A stretch of DNA of 64,000 nt from Eledone cirrhosa (GCA_964016885.1 OZ024747.1:27714001-27778000), one strand, 5' to 3'. Positions 37,501 through 49,842 are shown, counted from the stretch's first letter. Translations and numbers: made by a program. The notes: generated from the letters alone by a model not told the origin.

Positions 37501-37943
37501 GCATCTAAGATCCCGTTCCAGTCGCCCACTAACACTAAAGAGCGGGACGTTCCAAGAAAAGTCTCCAGACGCCGGAAGAAATCAGGCCGCCCTGCTCCTG
37601 TCGGGGCATAGACGGCCACTAACCTGAAAGCTTGCCCGTCTCCGCTGGTCACGTCCAGCACCACCAACTTACCTTCTGGGTCCAGGAAGATGGCCCGTAT
37701 GGCAAGATCCAAACCTCTCCGAAAAAGCACAGCAACTCCTCCCCCCGATCCCGGACGGCTGGGAGATGCGTACACATCGTAGCCGCCGAAGATCGGTGCG
37801 AAAGCCTGTGCTTCGGAGATTCTGGTCTCACTGATGGCCACTACATCTATGTTTAGTGACCTGAGGTCGTTGAGCAGGTGGCCCTGCTTCCATGACGACC
37901 CCAAGCCACGCGCATTTATGCTGCCTATTCTGAGTGAGGTCAT
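34523..37943 (-). CDS. LINE ORF2: APE endonuclease + reverse transcriptase + CCHC finger; one +1 frameshift near 36037
   Basis: SINARGL, SETR, GDWN, YLDR, TDH (APE); KSPGLDG, FRPITLLN, KAFDRV, RQGCPLS, YADD (RT); CPRC..ETVLHALVQC. Removing 1 nt joins ...GHLS to EPFNIMRSVRQG and gives ~1139 aa. Confidence 0.93.
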
Positions 37944-37977
37944 GTTGAAAAGGAGTGGAAAAGATGGGAAAGACCAC

Positions 37978-39892
37978 TTACCTTACTTCTCGTAGGGGAA
38001 GGACGGTTTTTCCATCCTTTTGACTGCTTGTGGCCTCCTCAGGAAGGATGTCCTTATAAATCCTCCTGGAGAGTGCTTGTCGGAAGTCTCCGATGTCTTT
38101 TGGGAATTTTTGTTTTAGTGTCATGTACGTTTTCTGTGTGATGCGAGTGATTTGTATGTGTGGAGGTGGTGTGAATTTTTGGGTTGTTGTGTAGTCTTTT
38201 TCTGTGATGCTGGTGTTGTGTTGGATGTAGTGTAATAATTGCTTGTTGTTCAAATTTAATGCTGTGTAGTGTGTATCGTTTTGGTTGTTTTGTTTTGTTT
38301 GCGTTTGTTGTGGGTTTGTTTCTGTTTCGCATTTTGGTGACTTTTGTGGTGTAGGTGATGGTGGTGTTGGAGTTAATGATGGTGATGGTGTTGGTGTTTG
38401 GGTTGATGGGTTTGGTGATGCTGGTGTGGATGGTGGCATATCTGTCCTAACTTTTTTGTTTCTTAGTTTATTTGTTTCCCTCTGTATTTTGTTTTTGGAG
38501 GAGGAAGGAAGAGAATTTTTTCTTTTTTGGTTTCTTTTTTTTTTTTCCGGATATCGTTTCCCACTCCTCGTCGTCACAATCTGTCTCCAGTTGTGATAGG
38601 CCGGGGAGTGGAAAATCCTCCACAGCCGTTAGTTTTGGTTGTGGTGTGGTGGATGGTGTAGGCGCTGGTGCTAGTTCTGAAGCGTTGGGTGGTGGTGGTG
38701 TTGGTTTTGCTGGTGGTGGTAGTGGTGTTGGTTTTGCTACTGTTGCTGGGGTTGTTGCTGTTATAGTTGCTTCTGTTGTTGCTGCTACAGTTGTTGCTGC
38801 CATCTCTGCTACTGGTGGTGTTGATGGTTGTGTCACTGGGGTGGGTAGGAGAGGTGGCCTCAATCTTTTAGCCTGAGGGCAGAAAGCCCTTAGGTGGGTT
38901 CCTTCACCACAAACGACACACCTAGGTCTTCTGCCCTCGACAATTACCGTGAGGTGGCTGCCGTCAGTGAGGTCTATTACCTCTGGGATCTCCTCAATGC
39001 TTTTTTGGTCCGCTTGGATTAGGAGCTCCATCCCAGATCCGGACCAGTTTTCCTGCTTTTCTTTTGCTATTGCTATTATTTTCGTGTTGGCTTCGATGCC
39101 GGCGAGGACAGCCGCTATTAGCCAGGGAATTTCGATGGCCGGTGGAACGCGGGTCACCCTGATCTTTACGAGTCTCTGGCCACAATAGCTTGGGACGAGT
39201 GTGAGGTCGTCACTTTTTAATGGGGCCATGGAGTGTTCTCTAGCCTCCTCTGGTGTTTCAAAGAACACATCCACGGTTCCATACTTTTGCCCACGTCTGA
39301 TGTGGGTTTTTCTTGCCCACACATGTCCCAAAGCTTTTTGGATTTGGGACTCGGATGCCCGTTCCACTCGGCGCGATTTTACATTTATTGTTCTATACGA
39401 CACGGTGCATAGGCGCCGATGCTCCATTTTATTAGGTGGGGGGGGGCTGACCCTGTACCCATCTTTCTTTACCATTTGTTTCGCATTTTCTAAATCCTCT
39501 TGAGTTACCGTGAATGCTTCGAATTGTTTTGCCACTATGGCGAAACTGAGGGTCGGTTTTATAATGTCATTGTTGTTGTTGTTGCTATCGTTATTTGTGT
39601 TAATATTAATTTTAGTTTCAGTTGTGGTGGTGGTGACGTCAGTCGTCTTTGGTGCGGAAGAGTCCATTTTGCTTAATTTCATTTCGACATCACGAGTTAA
39701 TTTATTTTTTTCTTCTTTTGTTTCTGTTGTCGCGGTGGTGGTGGGGGTGGTGGTTGTCGCGGTGGTGGTGGTGGTGGAGGCTTTAACACCTGCAGTCATT
39801 GGTAATGGCGGGAAATGAATGTCTGCCTGAGACAAATTTAAAATATTGCTACTGCTTATATTTTTTTTTTGTGTTGGCAAACGTAGTAACAT
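37978..39892 (-). CDS. LINE ORF1 (Gag-like, CCHC knuckle, Pro/Thr-rich); one +1 frameshift near 38535-38550
   Basis: CVVCGEGTHLRAFC knuckle. ORFs 38468-39892 and 37978-38577 overlap at TCCGG-A12, and removing 1 nt gives ~637 aa ending 34 nt before ORF2. Confidence 0.8.
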
Positions 39893-40180
39893 TTACAATG
39901 GTGGTGTCGGTGTGAGGTGTTATTTTGTGAGGAAGGCTTTCAGCTGCTTCGTGCAGAGGGGAATTAGCCATTTTTTTTCAAAGAAATTTTTGGATAATAA
40001 TAAAAGTTAAAATTTTGGGCACAAGGCCCCCAATCTTTTTGGGTGTCCTTTTCGGAAAACAATGTATGTGCGCTTATAAACAGTTAACAATAAAATTTTC
40101 CATAAATGACAATTTTTAACAAACGGAAATAACAAACCTTTGCAGAGCTCACGATGATACGATTTACTACGTAGGTCGCC

Positions 40181-40222
<42 letters not shown>

Positions 40223-40224
<2 letters not shown>

Positions 40225-40396
40225 AATTATTGTGTACAGTACTCAGGTGCACTACAACTCATCAAAGGTGAATGTATAGTGCATAGAATAATATACAAAT
40301 ATCAGGGAAGTGAATAGTGTATGAGTCATGATATACATGTGTGCGTGTGTATGGAGGAGGAATATTAGGTGTAGTGTTGGCGAATCTCAGGAAGCA
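40223..40396 (-). mobile_element. 3' end of another LINE (CR1-like) whose tail is the (ATT)n tract
   Basis: Minus strand: ...GTTGTAGTGCACCTGAGTACTGTACACAATAATTTC(ATT)14. The clade assignment is from recognition only. Confidence 0.45.
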
Positions 40397-40637
40397 TATA
40401 TATATATAGAGAGAGATTCGGCGAAAGAAGGAAAAGAAGCTGACAGTCTGTTTCACGCTGGTTGGCGTTCATCAGAGTCACACACTCCGCTGCTTCCGTC
40501 GAAAATTATAGAAGCTGAATTCTTATAGAATTCCAGTAATAATCAGGAGATTATATATTACATTTCCATCAGCGAAATCGTAATCTACGCTTGGAAAACA
40601 TATTTCTAAAATTTCAATTAAAAATGTGTACGATTAA

Positions 40638-40860
40638 CTCTTTAGCATTTACATTACTCTATATTTACTATTGTATTTTTGTTGTAAAAACTTTTTTTTT
40701 TCATATAATTATCTCACATGACTCGAATATATGAGATTTTGATGCTATTTATTTTGTGAACAATACCTTAACATCAGTATGAGCAGCCGGTTACAGCCGG
40801 TTTGAACAGAGAGAGTTGAGATAATCCTGGCCGGATATGGTCGGTTTAAATGCTAAAGGG
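40638..40860. mobile_element. piggyBac-type MITE
   Basis: TTAA TSD (40634-40637 and 40861-40864). TIRs CTCTTTAGCATTTA / TAAATGCTAAAGGG. Confidence 0.75.
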
Positions 40861-41184
40861 TTAAGAAAGTTACGAGAAACAGTCGATAGGGTGGCGGGCA
40901 CAAAATTGATGTTATGTTGGTAAAAAAGTGAAGAAGTAGTGAAAGATCTTTTATCATCTTTACTTTAAAGACAAACTAAACATATCGTTAACACTTCGTA
41001 GTAACCTATGTTTAACAATTATTTCATCACAAACCATCCCACCATCGCAACTGCCGCCACCATCGGAAACATCACTACCATTGCAGCCATCCGAGTTATA
41101 TATGTATCAGTTTATTATGGTGCACACGTTCATCATAGATGAGAGGAAGCCTCGTTTCACACGAATATCTTGTATCTTTGTGAG

Positions 41185-41304
<120 letters not shown>

Positions 41305-41663
41305 TACGTGTGTGTGTGTGTGTGCGGACATGATGCAAATGTTTCTGTTTAAAGAAAGATATTTCACACAACATAAAACCTGGCTTGCATATATACATCA
41401 TGTCACGCACACATACACACACACACGTATGTGTGTGTATGTGTGTGTGTTTGTATTTATATATACACACACACACATGTATATATATATATATATGTAT
41501 ATATATGTATATGTATATATATGTATATGTATATATGTATATGTATATGTATATATGTGTGTGCGTGTATATACACCTATATGTATATATGTGTATATAC
41601 ATACATACATACATACATACATACATACATACATACATACATACATACATACATACATACATA

Positions 41664-42342
41664 AAAAAGATAGCCCCGATAATAAACACATTAAAAGCTA
41701 CAACAATGTGGAAGACATCCATGTACATAATATAAAAGAGTACTGGTGGAATGTTCCAGTAAAAACCCCAATAAAATGTAATCATAACAGACCAGATATT
41801 ATGATATGGGACAGGGAGAAGAAAACATGCACAGTAGTGGAAATTAGCTGCCCAGCAGATGCCAATATAATATCAAAGATTAGTGAAAAGGAGAATATTT
41901 ATGCAGAACTGATGAGAAATCTGCAGATACTCCACCCTGATTACACCTTCAGATTTATGCCTGTGATTATTGGGGCACTGGGATATGTTAGTAACTGCCT
42001 CAATACAAATCTTGAGAAGCTAGGCTTCACAGGAACAGAAAGAACACAACTAGTTAGGAAATGATAAGTACAATCCATTAATGGAACAGTAAAAATGTGT
42101 AAAACATTCCAAAAATTTTGCATCTAATAACTGCATATACACATGTACAGATACAAAGCATATACACATGCACACATACAACTCAAAACATCCACATCCA
42201 CACATACAATAACATCCATATCTACACATGCATACATACATACATACATATCTACCTAGTTGATATGTATGTATGTCTTGTGTCTATGTTAGAAACCGAC
42301 TCTCTCTATTGGTAAAACTTTGTGAAATTATAAAACCAGAAG
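41664..42342 (+). mobile_element. 5'-truncated R4/Dong-clade LINE (restriction-like endonuclease C-terminus + 3'UTR)
   Basis: WWNVPVKT...[10 protein letters not shown]...VVEISCP...EKENIY...PVIIGALG. Premature stops at 42062-42067, natural stop at 42125-42127. (CATA)n lies on both sides. Confidence 0.85.
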
Positions 42343-42712
42343 AACATACATACATACATACATACATACATACATACATACATACATACATACATACATA
42401 CATACATACATACATACATACATACATACATACATACATACATACAATCATACCTACAAAATGGCTGACTGAATACACATGTATTATTCTAAAGAAAACA
42501 AATCTTTTCGGTTCCTTCTCTCTCTATCTTTCTATTTATCTTTTATTTCTCATTCTATCTTCTGAAAAAAGATTAGTGTCCGAAACGTACAGACTCCCTA
42601 CTATATCAAACGTTAAACTAATATAATTCTTCATTATATATATATATATAAAATAAACTACCATGACTAAATCTTAACCATCTACTATGTCAGGGTATGT
42701 CATGCATCATTT

Positions 42713-42779
42713 TATGTTATCTGATGAGGACGTACTGTTGAACTTAACTCAGTACCTCTGAAATATGTATAATAAAATA
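42713..42779 (+). ncRNA. Type-I hammerhead ribozyme motif (family I)
   Basis: TATGTTAT-CTGATGA-GGACGTACTG...CAGTACCTCT-GAAATATGTATA-ATAAAATA. Confidence 0.7.
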
Positions 42780-42903
42780 TAATTGATCACAAGAATATCT
42801 ATTTTGTTAATATTTTGAATTAATATATATAGTCCAGAATTAGCCGTCGAAACGGCTTGAGCTCAGCCGTCGGGGTCCTACTCGTTCCTATATATATATA
42901 TAA

Positions 42904-42952
<49 letters not shown>

Positions 42953-43054
42953 CAGAGGTTATATTTAATTTGTTGAGATTCAAGAAGCTTAAAAATTTTA
43001 TAACTGATATAAAGCACTCAACAAATTAGTGGAGTAAATATTCAATATATTAAT

Positions 43055-43241
43055 TGTTTCTACTTTTGGCACAAGGCCAGCAATTACCCAGTGCATTACT
43101 GGTACTTTATTTTATCGACCCCGTAAGGATGAAAGGCAAAGTCAACCTCGGCGGGATTTGAACTCAGATCGTAAAGGGACGTAACTATGCTGGAAAGCAT
43201 GGCGTCCGACCCTCTACCGATACTGCCAATCCACCGCCCTT
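43055..43241 (-). mobile_element. Young full-length Meta-type SINE with an 18-bp TSD
   Basis: TSD AATATTCAATATATTAAT at 43037-43054 and 43244-43261. The SINE interrupts a family-A element. Confidence 0.9.
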
Positions 43242-43510
43242 ATAATATTCAATATATTAATAAATGGAAACTATATTTATAAAACAATAATTATTTTATT
43301 ATATATATTTCAAGGGCAACCAAGGCAAATTATGGTGCGCTTTCATCATATAAAATACAGATTTGTTTTATATATAAATATTGACATACCCGGAAAAAAG
43401 ACAACCATAACGGTTGAAGTTCCCTGGATAGTGGAGATAATATTTTATTGAGGGTATGTCAATATTTATTTATATGGGTATGTCAATATTTATTTATAAA
43501 ACAAATCTGT

Positions 43511-43575
43511 ATTTTATCTGATGAAAGCGCACCATAATTTGCCTTGAATTACCCTTGAAATATATATAATAAAAT
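43511..43575 (+). ncRNA. Type-I hammerhead ribozyme motif (family A), in a fold-back element (42950-43620)
   Basis: ATTTTAT-CTGATGA-AAG...CTT-GAAATATATATA-ATAAAAT. The inverted arm carries a mutated core (ATGATGA). Confidence 0.72.
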
Positions 43576-43688
43576 CATCATGGTTTTATAAATATAGTTT
43601 CTATTTATTAATATATTGTATATATATATATATATATATATTATTCAAAATATTAACAAATGAAGATATTCACATAATCAAAATATAT

Positions 43689-43753
43689 GCTTTATTATAT
43701 ATATTTCGAAGGTACTGTGCTGTTTTTTCAGTACGTCCTCGTCAGATAAAATA
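43689..43753 (-). ncRNA. Type-I hammerhead ribozyme motif (family I)
   Basis: TATTTTAT-CTGACGA-GGACGTACTG...CAGTACCTTC-GAAATATATATA-ATAAAG. Confidence 0.72.
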
Positions 43754-44143
43754 TATGATTTGATATATGACACACCTCTACGGTCTTGATATTTCAATTC
43801 TTGTATTGGCAGTGAATTATTTCATCAAATCTCAACATTTATATACCACAAATAATAATATGATAAACTTAAAGAAGAAAAGGACGTGGAGCGAATTAGA
43901 GATATAAGAGAGGGTGTACAGAGGAGGAAGGCGAGAAGAAAAATACATACATTTAAATGAATAAAAATAAAAATAAATAAATGGATGGATGAATAGAGGA
44001 AGAAGAAAGGAGTAATAACGACAAAAGAGAGGGAACATAAAAATATAGAGGGATAGATAGAAAAAACCGTTGTTTTCAAATATTAGGTCAATTGAGGCAA
44101 CCAATCAATTAACATAACATATTAATCTTTGGTTATATATATA

Positions 44144-44190
<47 letters not shown>

Positions 44191-44318
44191 GTGTGTGTGT
44201 GTATATATATATATATGTATATGTATGTATATATATATATATATATAATTGGATGCTTAGTAAAATCGAATCTTTGGCGGTGTGCAAGCAAATTCGACAT
44301 ACTATATGAATGAGTTAG

Positions 44319-44356
<38 letters not shown>

Positions 44357-44359
<3 letters not shown>

Positions 44360-44995
44360 CTACCAGCAGTACCCAGCGTTGCCTGGGTAGGTAAAATAAT
44401 ATCTGCTTTGATGAAAAGGTGTTGATCTTAGCGACTGCTTCTCGATGACTCATCTATGGCCACAAACTGGGGCCATGCGGGGGAGACTGGTGATGACTTC
44501 TATCACTGAGAAACGCGGCTGACTGACGAAGGGGCATGATGAGGGAGGGAGTTTCGAATTTGAACGAAATCGGTTGAAAAATGTGGGAGCTAGAGCTGAA
44601 AAGGCGGAAATTTGAGTCTAAAAGTGGTATTTTTGAATATTTAAGCGGCTGCCACGGCGTCCCTGAACAACAAATGCAAAATATAAAGCCATTACAGGAT
44701 GTGCAATGATAAATTCTATTTTGCTTTAAAATTTGAACGAAATCGGTTGAAAAATGTGGGAGCTAGAGCCAAAAATCTTATTTTTCGATACCTAAAAAAA
44801 GGTGACCCCCCTATCGATTTTTATCTGCAGAATGACCCCGGAATAAAAAAAAACGATACGCTGATATATAGAAAACAATCCCCGATGACTATTTTATGAG
44901 CCTGTAAAGTTTCATGAAAATCGGTCGTAAGATGTAGGCCCATATAGGTAATACACAGACACACAGACACACATACTTAATTTTATATATATACA
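44357..44995 (-). mobile_element. Non-autonomous Helitron-like element
   Basis: CCCAGCGTTGCCTGGG hairpin near one end. AAAGTTTCATGAAAATCGG...(CA/GA) and a TA run at the other end. Confidence 0.55.
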
Positions 44996-45008
44996 GATAT
45001 ATATATAT

Positions 45009-45124
<116 letters not shown>

Positions 45125-45244
45125 GAGGTGAGTTTTATTGTAGCACAATAAAGCAATGCAAATATCGGTTAAGTAGCACTCAACAGTTTATAGGACTGGA
45201 GTATAAATAATATACAATCAAAAGATGGTTAAAAGAGTTCCATG

Positions 45245-45315
45245 TATTTTATTATGCGCATTTCAAAAACAAATATCATCATGGGATGATATTTGCGTTC
45301 TCATCAGATAAAATA
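45245..45315 (-). ncRNA. Type-I hammerhead ribozyme motif (family B, best-preserved copy)
   Basis: TATTTTAT-CTGATGA-GAACGCAAATATCATC-ccat-GATGATATTTGTTTTT-GAAATGCGCATA-ATAAAATA. Confidence 0.82.
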
Positions 45316-45579
45316 GGAAGATATTTTTTCAAAAACAAGATGGCGTAGGACAGAACAAAGGAGAGGCACAAAAACAAAGAAAAGAATCCCCAGTCACTGA
45401 AGAGGTCACAGAATGTGTGACGAAAGAACTTTGACAATATATGAACAACCGTCCGGTTATGGAACCAACCAACCGGAAATTTATAAATTCTTAAATTTAT
45501 AAATTTAATTTATAATAAATTGGAGTGAAAGCAACTGGCGCATGTGTTTCTTATTAGCAACATGACCCTCCCAAAGCAT

Positions 45580-45664
<85 letters not shown>

Positions 45665-46245
45665 TATATATATATATGCATATATATATATATATATATA
45701 TGCATATATGTATATATGTATGTATGCGTGTATATGTGCTTGTATATATATATATGTATGCATATATATGTGTGTGTGTATAAATAAACTCACACTCACA
45801 TATGGTGAAGTATGATCAGTGAGTGACATTTCTATTTGTCTATAACCGAATTGACAGACCAAGAACTATATTTACCATGTTACCATATTAGAACTAAGAC
45901 TGTTGGTATTTACCAGAACTGGGCTACGGTGCCACACTTTGGCATTTCACTGAGGTTCTTTTACATCACACTGTGAAAGGTTTACCTAATCCTAACTACT
46001 GGAACTGAGGGAGGGCAGTATAGGTTGGTTCATAGAGGCGGAAAGACAGGATAAACTGTGTTTGTGTATGTTTTTATATTTCATACATTGATGATTAGCC
46101 TGTATTGACAAAACTCCAATATCAGCCAAACAATATATTTATATATATATATTTGTGTTTGTAAGTATGTGTGCGTGAGAGAGAAAGAGAGAAAGAGAGA
46201 AATAGAGAGAGAGAGAGAAAGGGAGAGAGAGAAAGAGCGAGAGAG

Positions 46246-46299
<54 letters not shown>

Positions 46300-48140
46300 T
46301 GTGGTGTATGTGTATGTATAAGTGCGTGAGAGAGAGAAAGAGAGAGTGTGTGTGTGTGTTTGTGCATGGCCGTGTGCGTACGTGTGCGCGTGTAAAAGGT
46401 AAACGGAAACAACAAACGAAGTAAACAACACAGTACAATGAAGAAATATATTAGTAGGAGAAGAGTATATATATATATATATATATATATATAAGAATGT
46501 ATTGGAAAAGCCGGTACAACGCAAATAGGAAAATGGTGGGACTAGTTTAAGTAAGAATGATAAAACAATAGTGTTTACCCTATATTTCATATTTTAGATT
46601 AGAACCTCTTCATGAAATAAAGAAAAATCGGAGTGTATTGTTCTTATGAAGCTATCCTCTGTTATGTGACTGACAATAGTCGGCTTCGTGTAGCTCAGAT
46701 CTGTTGATAAGAAAGGCCTCTTTGATCCGCAAATAACTAATGTATGAGCTACTATATTTTTTGGCAGGTGACATTATATATCACATACAATCTCATGCAT
46801 ATTTCCGCATTCTTGATAAGACTAGTTAGAGCTTGTGCAATATATCGTTGGTGTATGTGGGTCGGGTTTTGGTGAGGACCCTGAGTGCACCAGTTATATA
46901 TTTAGATTTTCTCTACGGATAGCTTGACAGTTAGTTGCGGTTGTTCTCACATTGAAATGCGGCAGTTTTAGATTGCATATGTCATTCCTAGGAGCGTGTA
47001 CCCTCTCTGGAGATGGGTTGGGTTACGGGTGTTTTGTGAGAGATGCTGGTTAGTTGTCTTCAAAGAGGACTTTTTGGAGCTCTTTGATGCAGATCTTTTT
47101 GTCACTAGTTTCACTGCATCTCGTGTATCTGGGAGATCTCGTTCCGCATCTAGGCCATTTTGTTCTGAATGGCAAGGCAGAATCACAGTGCACAAATGCT
47201 TGCAGAGACCTATTTGGCTATTGAGATCAGTCTGCATATGTCACCTTTCCACTGACATACTTCCACCAACGGTACGACACACAACAAAGAATATCTCGTA
47301 AGAATATGACGCTTTTCTTCATTTGATAAAGAGTTACTAACCTCAAAATATTATGAAATACAGGGTAAAAACTATTATTTTACTTTTTATTACTTTATTC
47401 TATGCATTGCATATGCTTTTCCAATGCATTTTTATTTACATATCCTACAACGCTTCATAAATAAAAACAACACTGATGTGTGTGTATGTGAAATTATACC
47501 AGTGAATGCCATGCTTATGCATTATATATATACATATTTTAAAGTTGAGACAGTAAACAAAACAAAAAACAAAAAAACAACGTGGAAGCGAAGAGGTAGT
47601 ACAAATGTTAATATTAGTTTCACGCTTGAGAGTGTGTGTGTGTGTGTGGGGGGGGTTAGTATAGGTGAGCGTGCCTGTGTCAGTGTGTGTGTGCCTGTAA
47701 ATGTAAATGTATGTCTGTATGTATATGTCTGTGTGTGTGTGTAAGAATGTGTATATGTGTGTATGAGCGTGTGCATGTAAAGTCTCAATGTGGTTTGGAT
47801 AAAAACCAACATTTATTTCTAAGTGTTTTTAATTATATACCGACGCGGGCCACCCGTTTGACATTTCTACACCTTCAAGGAAAATACAAAATAAATATTA
47901 TTTAACATTCAAATTGTTTCAGTTTTTCGTTTGTTTTCATTTCTTTTTAAATGTTTGTAATAATTAAAAAATAACCCAAACATAAAGAAAACAAAATAAG
48001 AAAATATATTGGTGCAGACATGGCTGTATAGTTAAGGAGTCCGTATCACAACCATGTTGTTTCAGGTTAAACTCCACTGTGCATAAACATCTTCCACTAC
48101 ACTCTCGGCTTCACCTTGTGAAGAGTATATATATGAAGAG

Positions 48141-48242
<102 letters not shown>

Positions 48243-48549
48243 AATACAATAACAGAGATAGTTTAAAGCTAAACTCTGACTGGTAACCATCTCACTCAAC
48301 AAACATTAGGTTATATTAAAATATAAACCCAATTTAAGTGTTTGAGGTGCTAACAATATGTATAATGTGGAAAAACCAGTTGTATTATTTTATGAGATAT
48401 AATTAAAGTTAAAGTATATCTCTCTTTCCAAACAATTGTTTCATTATAAGTTTTCTACAAGTTTGGGAGAATATTTCCAATTTATGTAGAAGCCTAATAT
48501 ATATTCATGTAAGAATATATTTAGGTGGGCACTTATAAATCGTCAGTGA

Positions 48550-48622
48550 GGGGAATTAGCTCAGATAGTAGAGCGCTCGCTTAGCATGCGAGAGGTACCG
48601 GGATCGATGCCCGGATTCTCCA
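48550..48622 (+). tRNA. trnA-AGC: tRNA-Ala (anticodon AGC)
   Basis: 73-nt cloverleaf. Acceptor stem GGGGAAT/ATTCTCC with G3:U70, anticodon loop TTAGCAT, eukaryotic-Ala T-loop ATCGATG, TTTT terminator at 48637-48640. The D-loop has A in place of G18. Confidence 0.92.
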
Positions 48623-48812
48623 TGCGTCAAGATTTCTTTTATATATATATATATTCACATACACACATACACACTTAGAAACCCTTTCTATTTAGCAGGA
48701 TACAGTAATGCTGTATTTGTTTCTTTGACGTCACCGGTTATAATTTCATTTAACAACACCACCAGTTCTCTCTTTATCTCTCTCTCTCTTCCATTTTCCT
48801 TCTCAGTCTGCT

Positions 48813-48843
<31 letters not shown>

Positions 48844-49050
48844 CTTTCAATCTACTCTCTCACAACCACGATCTCTTTCTCTCTATCCTTTTCTCTCTCT
48901 ATTTAGAAGGTACCCGGAAAAACCCCGTATCTCGGGAATCCGTGCACCGATTTACACGAAGCTTGTTTTATTCCATCTGTATTCGCATTTCAGGGTCAAC
49001 TTCCTGTCAAAGTATTTTCCTATTATGCGCCCCTTTGTCTGTAACGATAA

Positions 49051-49463
49051 ATGGAAAAAATGAAATTTCATTTCTCACTCTTAGTACGTATTCGGTACGC
49101 CCGGCCGACTAACTCACTCGATATGCAAATTAGACTGCTCAGCCGTTAATATGCATAAGGAAAGTATATACTTTCAAACGTTCAATCAACTGACGGGAAG
49201 GTATACGGTGCTGATGACAGCTAATAAGCTAGAAGCTAGTTCATCGTTCCTTTGTCAGTGTTGAACAAAAGGGCAACGATGGTTGCCGAACACTGTACGG
49301 CTTAATTCGGGCTGTTTGTTTACAAACAAACCGAGCATTATAATAAATGTTCGGTACATATATATATATATGTGCATGTATGTATACATATATGTATGTA
49401 CGTATACATACTTATATTTAAGTATCAGCCGTACTAAGAGTGAGAAATGAAATTTCATTTTTT

Positions 49464-49467
<4 letters not shown>
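49051..49467. mobile_element. 417-bp element bounded by perfect 38-bp inverted repeats
   Basis: ATGGAAAAAATGAAATTTCATTTCTCACTCTTAGTACG (49051-49088) and its reverse complement (49430-49467). Confidence 0.8.
49205..49247 (+). ncRNA. Type-I hammerhead motif, slightly degenerate
   Basis: ACGGTG-CTGATGA-cAGCTaataAGCTa-GAAGCTAGTT-CATCGT. 6-bp helix I; A15.1 is replaced by G. Confidence 0.6.
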
Positions 49468-49501
<34 letters not shown>

Positions 49502-49507
<6 letters not shown>

Positions 49508-49842
49508 TTTACCCGGCGTTGCCCGGGGTTTGAAATGCAACAAAGAATAAACAAGAAACAAACGATAATATTAGTGATTTATCTTCAAATGAATCTGATG
49601 TTTATATTTCTGTCAATAAAGTTGGTTATCTCCCTTACATCAATTTTGCTACCGATAATTTTGATATCGATTTTTTATTGCTCAACGTGGGTCGATTTGA
49701 AAAGTTTTTGTGATGTGACCATCTTAGCGACCTGTGCAACGTGCACAGAAAATTTTGTCAAATTCGGTTGGTAATTGTAAAAGCCTTAGGTATCCAAAGT
49801 TGTACACAGACACACACACATCCTTGCTTTTATATATATAGA

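Larger units (their letters stand above)
34280..40180 (-). mobile_element. Full-length Tx1/L1-clade non-LTR retrotransposon (5.9 kb)
   Basis: 5'UTR, ORF1, ORF2 (APE-RT-zinc finger) and a 3'UTR with AATAAA (34286-34291). (AAT)n lies on both flanks (34257-34279 and 40181-40222). Confidence 0.93.

Noticed and set aside
34472-39818. Plus-strand ORFs antisense to the Tx1 element (and similar ones over the Gypsy element)
   Set aside because: They are shadow ORFs of GC-rich coding sequence with no motifs.
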